Source: Octopus sinensis (Eukaryota). Taken from it: 64,000 nt of DNA. This document shows positions 35,891 to 47,712 of the stretch, piece by piece. Positions within the stretch are counted from its first letter, which is position 1, and each line of letters begins with the position of its first letter. A model generated the notes under the pieces. That model had not been told where the DNA came from, searched no databases, and was given only the letters and a program-made list of their open reading frames with translations. Both the position numbers and the translations under genes were made by a program. The DNA is taken from NCBI RefSeq assembly GCF_006345805.1, contig NC_042997.1:162998001-163062000 (forward strand), written 5' to 3'.

Positions 35891-36869
35891 ATGCATTAAC
35901 TCATAGCTTCAAGATTTTGATGATGTGATTATTTTTAGAATGACATTGTAAGGTAGGTCTGAGAGGCTGATCTGATCAATTTGAAAATAAAACTAATAGA
36001 ATATTTGGTCAGATACGGCTGGTTTAAATGCTTAAGGCATACGGATCTACTCAATATACATGGCTGACGAAAACAGAACAACAAACCCTATCATAAAATG
36101 TTACATTTCACAATTAGATTTCTTTTGTTTTTGTTTTTTCCTTTCACTTCTAACTGGGAAAGTGATTGCATTTGTCGTGACTGACCCAGTGATTTTCAAA
36201 TTCTTTTGCCATTATTAACGCTTGGCTCTCTGCTTCATTGTCAGTGACATCTTTACCTGTAACATTAACCTCTATAGAAGTTAATAACAGTAAATTTCTA
36301 GGATTATCAATAAACCAGATTCTCTTTCTCTGAGATATGCATCCATTCATGACCTCTTTGCAAGTAATCTAAATGCATCGAAGAATAAGGATAGAGCTCC
36401 CTTTCATAACTGAGAAGCTCTGACATAATAAACACTTGGTTTCATAGACGCCTTATAAAATGTCTATTCCTTTTTTTTTTTTTTTTTTTTTATATACAAC
36501 AGAGCAATACATAATCCTCACACTTGATTGGACCAATACTGAATTTATTCAGGTTCAAAGCTTTGAAACAATTGCTACACAAAAATACTCAGTAATTTTG
36601 GGATTCCATGACCAGGTCATTCATTTCTAATATTTCTCAGTCCAACTCTAAAAAAATGGAAAGCTAAATCACTCTTAGAAGGAAATTAACCATATTAGCA
36701 TAAATTACAAACACTCTGCTACTAATCAATCATACAGCTTTTACCTTTAAATATTCATGATGTAAACCAATCTTAAAGGAGGTGAAAGAATTGCCATCAA
36801 TATTTTATAATATTGCATTGTTAGGATTGCTTAAAATGAGATAATTTAATTGGTTTTGTTAACAACAAG

Positions 36870-37050
36870 TCAGCTCTGAACAAATAGACCAATGATCAGT
36901 TTCCAGCCATGACCATGCCATTATTTTGGACAATCACGAATACATTATCCAATGTGTTCTTCCATTTTGAAGACAGTACGGTGTATTTTAAAGATTTGAG
37001 TGTTATTTCTAGCAGGTCAGGCAACCACAGAGATGCTTCCTTATTAGCTC
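36870..37050 (+). repeat. Abundant short interspersed repeat, family here called E
   Basis: Shared core acattatccaatgtg...gatttg..tg.tatttctagcagg. Related copies lie at ~960-1090, 3595-3710, 9010-9090, 29720-29910, 40615-40790, 58500-58700 and 63330-63450. Confidence 0.65.
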
Positions 37051-37333
37051 ATTCTTAGCTATCTTGTGTGTTATTTTACATAATTGTCACAATAATAAAA
37101 AAAAAAGAAACCTTGAAGTATAAATCTCAAACCTACGACTATCTGTAGAGGTCTTGAAGAGTGATATCTTATTAAAACATACATATATATAATAGCAATA
37201 TTTGTTCTCTATTTGGAAAATACTGCTTGTAGTATTTATGTAAAAACCTTCAATTACAAATATGAAACTTAATTTTCCAAGTCAATGCTATACAACCCTT
37301 AGACACACACAGAATCACTAAAGTTACAAAAAT

Positions 37334-37380
<47 letters not shown>

Positions 37381-37829
37381 TAGATAGATAGATAGATGTA
37401 CATATTCCAACTCATTAGAAAACAATATGGGGGTAAAATACATCATCAAATATTTAACCCATCAAAAATTACCTTCACATAAAATCGAAACACTTATTAA
37501 AATTTCATTTTCATTTAATCACACAACAAAAGAGTGAGCTTTATATTTTTAATCATTTCTAATAGCATTAAGATATTAATTATACACAAAGGAACAATTT
37601 TATAACGATAATTCTGATGTTAAGTTAATCTATTTTTCAAATTCTAATCAATTCACTCCCTTTTCATTAAAAAAATGTGACCGAGTAAGAAAATATTTCC
37701 TGAAATATTCTCCCCATCCCCAATCTGTTTTTCCATATTTGTTTGTGCATTATATTTTGGTGTTATCTTTATATGCACTTTATTGTAAACTGCATACCCC
37801 ATCAGTTTGTATAAAGTGGTAATTCTTAC

Positions 37830-38165
37830 GAAGCTTGCTTCCCAACCACATGGCACCATGGGCAAGTGTCCTCTACAATAGCTACAGTCCAACCAAAGCC
37901 TTGTGAGTGGATTTGGTAGACAGAAACTTAAAGAAGCCTGCCATGTGTGTGTGTGTCTGTGAGTGAGTTTGTCCCCCCATCCCACCACCACTTGACAACT
38001 GGTATTGGTGTGTTTACTTTCCCATAATTTAGCAGTTCCACAAAAGAGACCAATAGAATAAGTACCGGGCTTTTAAAAAAAGTAGGGGGGGGGGGGCAGC
38101 TGATTAAAATTCTTCCAAGGCAGTGCCCCAGAAAGGCCACAGTCTAATGACTAAAGCAAAATAGA
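37830..38165 (+). mobile_element. Family A SINE
   Basis: Reads gaagcttgcttcccaaccacatggcacc...gtgagtggatttggtagacagaaact...aggcagtgccccag...gtctaatgact. Confidence 0.78.
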
Positions 38166-38330
38166 GAAAATAAATTTGTGGGAGATCCTTACATAAGCAT
38201 CATGTTTCAAATTTACAGAGAAAAGGAAATTGGTTTTAAAGTTTTAAGATAAGAGTATACTTAAACAGATACCATCATAATATAGTATTTTATTAGTCCA
38301 TGAGGAATGAAATACAAATTTAACTAGCAG

Positions 38331-38735
38331 GCAGAGGTGTGGCTGTGTGGTAAGAAGCTTGCTACCCAACCACATGGTTCCAGGTTCAGTCCCACTGCAT
38401 GGCACTTTGGGCAATTGTCTTCTACTATATAGCCTTGAGTCGACCAAAGCTTTGTGAGTGGATTTGGTTGATGGAAACTGAAACAAGCCCTGTGTGTGTG
38501 TATGTGTGCATGCATATATGTGCATGTGTGTGTCCAACAACTGTTTGACAACTGGTGTTGGTGTGTTGAGGTCCCCACAACTTGGCAATTCAGCAAAAGA
38601 AACCAATAGAATAAGTATCATGTTTAAAAGAAAAACAAATTAAGTACTAAGGTCAAATGGTGCAACTAAAAATTCAAGGTGGTGCCCCAGCATGGCTGCA
38701 ACTTAATGACTGAAACAAGTAAAAGATAACAGATA
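38331..38735 (+). mobile_element. Family A tRNA-derived SINE, full length
   Basis: Has an A-box-like tggctgtgtgg, a B-box ggttcagtcc, an internal (TG)n tract and a gataa-type tail. Further fragments lie at ~15840-16050, 34270-34435, 43905-44070, 51520-51680, 59570-59780 and 60405-60545. Confidence 0.82.
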
Positions 38736-38994
38736 AGATATGAACTTAAAAATAATTACCACAAAGCATTCAAGCACATCAGACCTGTTTCCATCATTAA
38801 AAGGCTTTGATAATATTTTCAGAGAAACTCCTTAGTCTACACCTTCTGAGTTCAAATTCCATTTAGGCTTGTGTTTTTTCCTTCAGGATTGCCGATAAAA
38901 TAAGCACCAGCAACACTGGAGTTGTTCCAATCAATTCTACATTTCTATAAATACTGGTTTAGTGCTAAATCAAGAGTAATACTTCAACACTCCC

Positions 38995-39442
38995 CAACAA
39001 ACAGTTGAGCAAAACAGAATTTTAAGCACAAATGGACTTTTTTTTTCTTTTTTCTTACACAACATCAATTAAATTATGTCCTTAGTTATATAGAGTAATA
39101 CTTTACTAGATCTAAAGGAAATTTGATACCAAAATCTTATATGTTTAACACATAAGCACACTTATAACACTTCACAATAAACGAAGCACCCTCTCTCTAT
39201 TAATATGAATCAAGCAGGACTTAGGCTGTTTGAGATGATAGCAGATAAGTTTTTCTGTCATTCAAAAATCATATTTAACTACACCATACCAAGTCTTCCT
39301 GTTGTTGGAGCAACTTATATGCCTCAAATGATGATGATGGTGGTGGTGTGCATCAATTTCATCAAGCTAATTTTTCCCTTTAGAATTTTACTTTATAAAG
39401 TCACATTTTAACACTTTATAGCTATGATGAATCTACAAAAAA
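38995..39442. repeat. Unclassified ~450-bp dispersed repeat, copy 1
   Basis: Colinear with 54862-55303 (agttgagcaaaacagaat...cacttataacacttcacaataaa...tttcatcaagctaat...gatgaatctacaaaa), roughly 75-85% identical by eye. Confidence 0.85.
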
Positions 39443-41842
39443 ATCTACACTATCTCCAACAAAGATGCCAGTAGAACCATCGCAAACTTCAATTCCCCAT
39501 CAAGAAATCTGAGATCGGATCCAATTTTTAGTCTGACAGGCAGAGAAACATACAATACCAATTCTGAACTCATGAGCAAAGACCTATGGACTAGAACAAT
39601 AGTTTAAAACCCAGCCAGACATCAACTTAAATCCTGTGTACTAGTATCTGTGTCTTAAACTTCCAGTAACACATTCAAGTTGTTTGAGCTGAGACACATT
39701 CAAGCTGTTTGTATCATTACAAAGTCATCCTACCAACCAAAAGAACAATGATTTATTTCCTGACTCTTGCTCAATTGTATCCATGGCAAAGACACTTAAC
39801 TATTAATGATTTAGTTTACCTTGATATAAGTAAGATATACTATGTAGGAACAATTCACCTTTATAAAGAACAGATACCTTGAAGGAATTACAGGTGATGG
39901 TAATCATTTTTCCCCAAATCAGATACTCAAACAGATCTGTGATCAAAAAGTGTTCTGGTTGTGTCCATCCCATTTGGGAGGGGTCCTCTCTTGCCAGGAC
40001 TACTGTATCAAGGATTACACCATTTAATCAGTCCTTCCCTGTTTCAAGATGGTAGGTAACAATTTGAAGGAAATTTGCCAACTATTTCTAGCAGGTCGAG
40101 CAATTGCATAGTGGCTCCGTTATTGGAAATGCAGATACTATTATAGGTAATATGATCGTTGAACATCTGACAGACATTTGCTTGTAGTAAAGAATTTAAA
40201 TCAACCCATAGGCATAAAAACATTTTAAAACAACACCAGTGTGCATACATACAATGAGTATACAAATGCAAAAAAGTATAAATCAGTAATATTTTGTCTC
40301 AGAGAGAAAAACACAGGGCCTCCCTCAGGAGGCCAGTGAATCAGCAGACTCAATTTGTCCTCTTCAGTGATAAATACCTGGACTTTCTGATCCAAGTTGA
40401 AAAATGCTTGCTCAAATGTAGAAATTAGTAAACAAAACATTTACTGATTTGTGTGCTTGTGATTCAATGGCCATATAACTAGAGTAAGCGTTGTCTGATA
40501 CATTTGGCAGATTATCTTTTCAGTAAGATCATCTTTTAAGCAAGATTATTTACTACAAATTTTTGTATAATTGATTAATATACTGTTATCTCACCAAGTT
40601 AATGAGGGAGACTTTACATGGTTGTTTAACCTGCTACAAGCCCAATGTTCCTCAAATCAGGTTCTATTGTCTTAAAAAGGAATACATTGAATAATTAAGT
40701 CCTAGACATACTATTCTTAAGAACAAGAAGGGATGGTCATAGCTGGAAAGCCTTTGATTGCAGTTCTTTTTGATCATATGTGACCTAAGCTTAACAATTG
40801 GTGCCTTTCAGGAAGCAACTTTTACAACTGCTTGTGCCATACTTGCAAGGGCTTAAAAGTATACACATTATTGCCAAAAACAAATCTTACATTCTAGCTT
40901 TCAGAAATAAATAAATACAATTTACTGCTACTGTGTTCTTGAAAAGACACTTTATTTCCCATTGCTCCAGTTACCTCAGATGTAGAAACAAATTGCAATG
41001 TCACTGGTGCCAAGCTGTATCAGCATTTGCCTTTTCCTTGGATAACATTGGTGGCATGGAGAAGGGAGGCTGGTTGTTAGTCTTCCATAAACAACCTTGC
41101 CTGGACTTGTACGTTGGAGGGGAACTTTCTAGGTGCAATCCCATGGCCATTCATGACAGATAGGGGGTCTATTTTTATTACTGCTACTATGTCGAACATA
41201 GAACACAATAGCATAAACAAGATTATCGTATTTTGTTTAGTGTTCATTTTCTTTAATTATCAGTATCAGTTAAAATTAGTTTTATCCATACATTAAAGAA
41301 AACCAACCAAATTACTTACAATAGAAACAAACTATTTGCTTCTACAAATACTGCAATATCTAAAAACAATATAAAGAATATCTTACATTTCCCAGACTCA
41401 TTCTAAATGGATGTATGCTCGTTTTAAGTTCATACCCCTAACATACAGAGACTGGCCACAAAAGGGTCATACCTAATAAAGAATTAACATGTCTAAAGAT
41501 AAAAACCTGTGCTATTAAGAACCATAGTCTGAGCCACAGCCAGTTGATAACTGAGATTATACCTATACAATATAGAGATGGTACATTAAAACTCGTTTTA
41601 GCATAGAATAAATTGGTTTTTTTTTTTACAAGTAAAACAATGAAAATATACAAATAAAAAAAGGAGAGTGGAAACACTTTACCAAATCAAGCTATTACTA
41701 GTATAAATACTCAAAGTGAACAATATAGATGTCAGCATTTTAGAACAAAATCACAAAGGATTAAAAACATACATCTGATAGATGTAGAAACTTCCATTAA
41801 ATCAAATATATCTAACATAGAAAGACAGTAAAGTTCGCTCAC

Positions 41843-41928
41843 CTGGGTAGATTCATATAACATATACAATCAACATCACCAACTTCCCCATCAACACAGT
41901 CTAAGCACATAACTGAAGTGTATTTCAG
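41843..41928 (-). CDS. RalGPS: Candidate upstream RalGPS exon, phase 0-2 (ATG at 41910)
   Basis: Bounded by tttttcttaaag| and |gtgagc; 86 nt. Open LKYTSVMCLDCVDGEVGDVDCICYMNLP(R), and its phase 2 donor matches the phase 2 acceptor at 33021. Confidence 0.6.
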
Positions 41929-43093
41929 CTTTAAGAAAAACGATTTTGTCTTCTTTTTTTGCATTATATGCAGACTTTCACTTAAAACAGTAGTTTCCAA
42001 CATTCAATATAGCAAAAGTCACTAAAATAAGAGTGTGGGCTAATGATTCGTAAACACATAAAAAACAACAAAAAACTTAATAAGCAAGTAATCCATAATC
42101 TAGTTTAAAATCAACAATTATCTACACTAAGTATATCCATACTCGAATAGTAGACAGTGATTAACAATAAGAACAGGATTTTAGCTCACTGATAAAATGT
42201 ACAACCACCATAGTAAGAGGAAAATACATGTCTGTAGATGCACATCAACTTAACATTAACAAAAAAATTATCATAGTAATTTGAGCAAAAGTAAATAATA
42301 TAAAACACTGAATTCAATCTTATATATATATATACTTGTGTATTCAAAACACAAAAACACTACATCAAGAACCAAGGAAATCTGCAGACACACCTAATAA
42401 CATTTCTATAGTGACAGATTTTGACCAGTGACAGGCTTGAGGGGTGGGGAGATGTCGATAAAATTATTATCTTTGATACTTAGATTAATCACAGCATAAG
42501 AGATTTTAGTAACTGCAGCAAATTTAAGCTCGGTTTTGAAACCACAGAACTCGTAGTACAAATGAAATATGAGCTATGTGTACTTTAACAGCAACTACTA
42601 AAAAGAGACTGATGCAAAAAGTGTCCATCTAATGATTGTGCAACACAACAGAATAAAATTATTGAAACCAAACATGAAACATCTAGCAGCTAGCATTTCA
42701 GGAAAGTTACCATTGGTAACAGGTTTTACAAATACTCGTCAGAGTATGATACAGTAAAGGCTAAAGAAAAAAACAACATTTTCCAGCAATAATGTAAATG
42801 AAATTCAAGAAAAGAGGTAAAAAAAAAAAATTAGTATTATGAAAGATACTAAATAAGTTACAAAAAAAAAAAAATAACTAAGAAATTAGTAGAGCATCTC
42901 AGAATTCATATTCTTGTGACAACAGATGTGACATGACAGTTATATTTTACACCACTCATGAAATACAATTTAGTTACTGAAGCTAAACAATCATAAGAAT
43001 TGGTAATGGGAAGGATGGGATTAATGAAATGAAACAAAGGTAATTATTAAACAAGCCTAATTCTTGGAACAACCTTAATGAAAAGGATAGACT

Positions 43094-43144
<51 letters not shown>

Positions 43145-46059
43145 GGAGTGGGAGGCTGAGACAAACTATTTTTGTGATTGAGGCAGACATATTTCCTTTA
43201 GTAATTCTTGCCTGTACATCATGAATTTATCGATATGGTCTGTTGTACATTAGCTGTTCTGCACAGTCCTTAAGTAAAGCCTGAGTCTGAATGTAGTAGC
43301 AGAGAGAAACTAAACCACTGAAGGATTTGGCTCTTAAAAAAAAAAAATTTAATTAATAAAAATAAAAAAGAACTGTAAAAGTAAAACACCATAAATAAAT
43401 ACACACAGCCAATAACAAATATATACTTTTCTCTTTGTAATTTATAAATCTAAACACTGGGCTTCTTTTAATTACCTTTGACTCAAAATCCAAAATCTTT
43501 TTGTTTTACTTGAACCAACACTGAATGCTTACAAAACACTCCTAATTTACAAGAGTATCACTGTTTGGAATGGTACCTACATTATAGTACTAGTTACCAG
43601 CCATCTAAAACAATCTGGAAAGCAAATGTCTTGGCCTTAGACACAATACAGAGTCAGTGATAGGGCATGAAATCCCAATCTCTCAGTTGGTTATCCCCAT
43701 ACTGTATCTGCTCACTGCGCCATACAATATGTTGTTTTGTATTGTTAAAAATCTTATTCTATTTTAAAGGTTATTTTAACAACCAACTATATAATACTGA
43801 CTGAAGATTATGAAAAAAAAATGGATATTGAAAAGATTTAGAGGAATTTATTTTCTTTGTAGGGATAGTAATTATAAAATTATTATACACTACAACATAG
43901 GCAAAGGCATGGCTGTGTGGTTAAGTTTGCTTCCCAACCATGTTAGGAGTTCAATCCCACTGTATGGCACCTTTATTAAATATCTACGATAAACCCCTGG
44001 TCAACCAATGGTTTGAGAGTGAATATGGTAGACAGAAACTGAAAGAAGCCTAGCATGTGTGTGTGTGTTGAGAGGACCCTATAGCCTTGCTAAGGGAGAG
44101 ATACCCTCACTAGTACAGACACTATAAATAGTGCATCCAGTACACTGTAAAGTGGATAGTGGTTGTTAGAAAGGGTATCCAGCTATAGAAACCACACCAA
44201 AATTGAGACATTGGTGCACAACATGACCCTCTGACTAATCAGATCCTGTTGTACCATCCAATCCATGCCGACATAAAATGATGGAAGGCAAACATAAAAT
44301 GGTGATAATAATTCATTCAATTATTGAGTGTTAAAAGTGCCAAATTGTTAAGTATATTCACTTTTCCCCAATACACACACAATCCCAGCTTAAGCAACAC
44401 AATTCTTCACAGAGAAAACACAAGATATCCTTAAAGACGAATATAGTTAGAGTAACCAAACTCTGAACAGTAACATTATCCCAACAAATATAGCAAATTC
44501 CCCATCCTTTTAATATTTTTCATTACCATCATTATCATAAAGAGTCGTCATCAAAATAGTTTCTAAAATAAAATAGCTTATTTTCATAATGCAAAATACA
44601 ATTTTTTCATAAGGAAAATTCAATAAAATTTTAACACATTTTCAAATGATTATGCTTTCACAGATATGGTTTCCATTTGTTAGAAAATTACAGCTCTAAA
44701 ATCCAATATGGCTAGTTCCTTGGCTGACTGCAAAAACAGGAATTGTACTGGGTGTGGCAGTAAAAACAGAATCTATATAAACAGTTGTCAGGAGCAACCA
44801 AAGAAAGGTGAAGGGCAGAAACGTTATATTCTAAAATTGAGACAAGTCAACAATTTCATTAAAGAAGCCATTGTTGCTTTATAAACAAAATAAATAAGTA
44901 GAACAGGTAATTTCTTAAGCTCTTTCCCCACAGCAACACAAGATATCTAAACATATTGTACATTATACTACACCTTGTTCTGTCCTCATATTTACAGACA
45001 AACACACATTTACTCACCATGTAAAACAAAGAACACTGTAAAACAGTATAGTATACAACTACATACAAAATTTCAGATTTTGTTACCCCCACCTCACCTA
45101 ATTTTCTAAGCTGTTTCTTTATCCATTATAAAAACATAATAATTACAATAAACAAAGAACCAACAAGATGCCCAGTCATTAAACAGACAGACTGTTTAAG
45201 ATTTAATTTCTAACTTTGTTTACTCCAGTTAACTATCAATTTTGAAAAATTAATTTATGCAGAAGTTTCCAAGCACCGTGTAGCCCCAAAATTCATAAAG
45301 CACCCTATAAATTCATTTCCAGTGTTCCCCTATAATTCTCAATAAAAAGCATTATTTAGAAAAGCAATTTACACACCAAGTTAAGAATAATACACAAAAT
45401 TCAATGCCATGATAATTATTTACATGTTTATTTGAACTACAGTTAACATTTTAGTTTAACATAAATACAATTTTGACTGTGTAATACTAAACTTGGCTTT
45501 TTAAAGCTCGATAGTCATTTAACAACAAACAACCTCATAAAACATTTTTACTACTTCAACCTTCATCACTTTTTAGTCTCTGCTTCCTTTCTGTTCTTTC
45601 AATTAAGAATACTTTATATCTATATAATGCACATGTATGTATGGGTGCATTTACTCATACTTGCGTTTCGCTGTGTGTGTGTATATATATACACATGCAT
45701 ATGAATGGACAGACCCATTTAACAGAATTATATATATGCAAACATGTTCTTTCCCAATACACTATGTGTGTACCTGAATGGGTGTATGTGTATAAATTTA
45801 TATATATCCTTTGTTACTATAAATATATCTAGAATCAGTTTCACTACTACTACAAAAATTCGGTCACTCTAAATTAAGAGTATTGAATGAAAGTCTTTGT
45901 AAACAAATACCCTTCTCTAGGCATGGTGGTTGTCTCTGGCTTCCTCTACTTGACCTGCTTCCTTTAAACTCCACTTTTACACTTTACTTAGCTTGGGGTA
46001 TTACATCTGTTTACTTTTACTTTCTAATTTCTGAGCTTCATCCCTTTTCATTCACCTTG

Positions 46060-46500
46060 AATCGCACTTTCGATCCTCTAACATCACTTCACTCAACCTA
46101 ATGCCATCAATTCCATTACCTCAAAAGTGATGGAAACTATAGTAAATGGCCACTTCCTTTCTCACCTTAAATTTTTCCCCCCTCCTAAGTAACCACTAGT
46201 ATCACTTCTTATAGCCAGTTTTTCTAAAGATTCACTGAAAACAATGGTATTGTAAATTTCAACGAAGGTAAAGACTTCAATCATGTCTGGTATAAACAGC
46301 CTTTGAAGCCAAGTTGCCAGCCAACTTCCTCTCAGCTCTTAGTTCAGAAGCTTATAATCAGACACACAGCATATATTAGTGGGGGTTCTTTCTGCGTCTC
46401 ATATCCTATCAACTCTATTGTACCTCAAGATTCAGCTTTGTTTCCAACACACTTCTTTCTGTATACACATTACCTTATCACAGCCACTCCAAAAGAACTC
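46060..46500 (+). pseudogene. Highly decayed jockey/CR1-group LINE reverse-transcriptase fragment
   Basis: Fragments SKVMETIVN, DFNHVWYK and SYPINSIVPQDSALFPTHFFLY resemble RT motifs SKxxExxxN, DxxKAFDxVWH and GVPQGSVLSPxLFxLY. Confidence 0.6.
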
Positions 46501-47120
46501 CTACAGAAATGAAGCTACTCTTCTTTCATTCCCCAGTAACAATTGTCAAAATGCAACCAAGAAAATATCTGAAACACTACACCTTCCATACACATCAAAA
46601 CAATTAAAACCTTCACAAACTTTACAAATGTTATACCTCACAATATCTTATATCATTTTGTGGCAACCACACAATTATAACAGAGCCAATATTGTATATA
46701 AAGGCTAGGCTTCCACCTCATGGTCATAAAATACCTCAATATCAAATAGTTGCTGTCCCACCTTAGAATACTGTTTACACATTTAAGGTCGAGGAAGTTC
46801 ACATATTTACACATGTTTTTGATCAAATCTAAAATATGTTGTGTGTGATTATCAAACCTTCATTCAATAGCATGTTATAACTAACTACTAACAATGCAAC
46901 CTGTATACTGCGTATTCCAAAAATTATTACAACAGCTACTTAACTAACAACTTATGCACCACCTTTATCAAAACCCAACCAATTATCCTATCTCGCTCTC
47001 TCCCAACCATTATCACTACTATATCTCATTTCACATCGTTTAACATCTGTTTTCCATGCTGGCATGGGTTGAACAGTCTGATAGGAGATGGCAAACCAGA
47101 GCACTGCACAAAGTTCCACA

Positions 47121-47712
47121 GTCTGTTTTGGCATGGTTTTCATGGCTGGATGCCCTTCTTAATGCCAACCACTTTACACAGTGGACTGGGTGCTTTTTAC
47201 ATAGCACCAGCATTGGTGAGGTCTGTTTTGGCATGGTTTTCACAATTGGATACCCTTCCTCATTCCATTCACTTCACAGAGTGGGTTGGGGGCTTTTCAT
47301 GTTACACCAGCACCAGCAAGATCTATTCTGGCATGATTTTCACAGCTAGATGGTCTTCCTAATGCCAACCATTTAGTAGAGTGGACTAGGTGCTTTTCAC
47401 ATGGCACCAGTACGGTCTGTTTAGGCATGGTATTTTTTCATTTCTACAGTGAGATGCTCTTCCTAATGCCAACCAGTCTGCAGAGTGGACTGGATGTTTT
47501 TTACATGGCACAAGCACCAGCGAGGTCTGTTTTGGCATGGTTTTTATGATGGCCTTCCTAACACCAACCATATAGTAGACTGAGTGCTTTGCATGTGGTA
47601 CCAGCACTGGAACAGTCTATTTTGGCATTGTTTTTATTTTTACGGCTGGATGCTCTTCCTATACCAACCACTTTACAGAGTGGAGTGGGTGCATTTTACA
47701 TGGCACTAGAAC
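47121..47712 (-). repeat. Tandem array of six ~90-110-bp units derived from family B SINE
   Basis: Units beginning gtctgttttggcatgg-like start at 47121, 47221, 47321, 47415, 47525 and 47615. They follow a SINE B tail at 47033. Confidence 0.88.

Noticed and set aside
40378-40386. Possible 9-nt microexon AAAGTCCAG|GTATTT
   Set aside because: It preserves frame, but the donor and pyrimidine tract are weak, so it is indistinguishable from chance.
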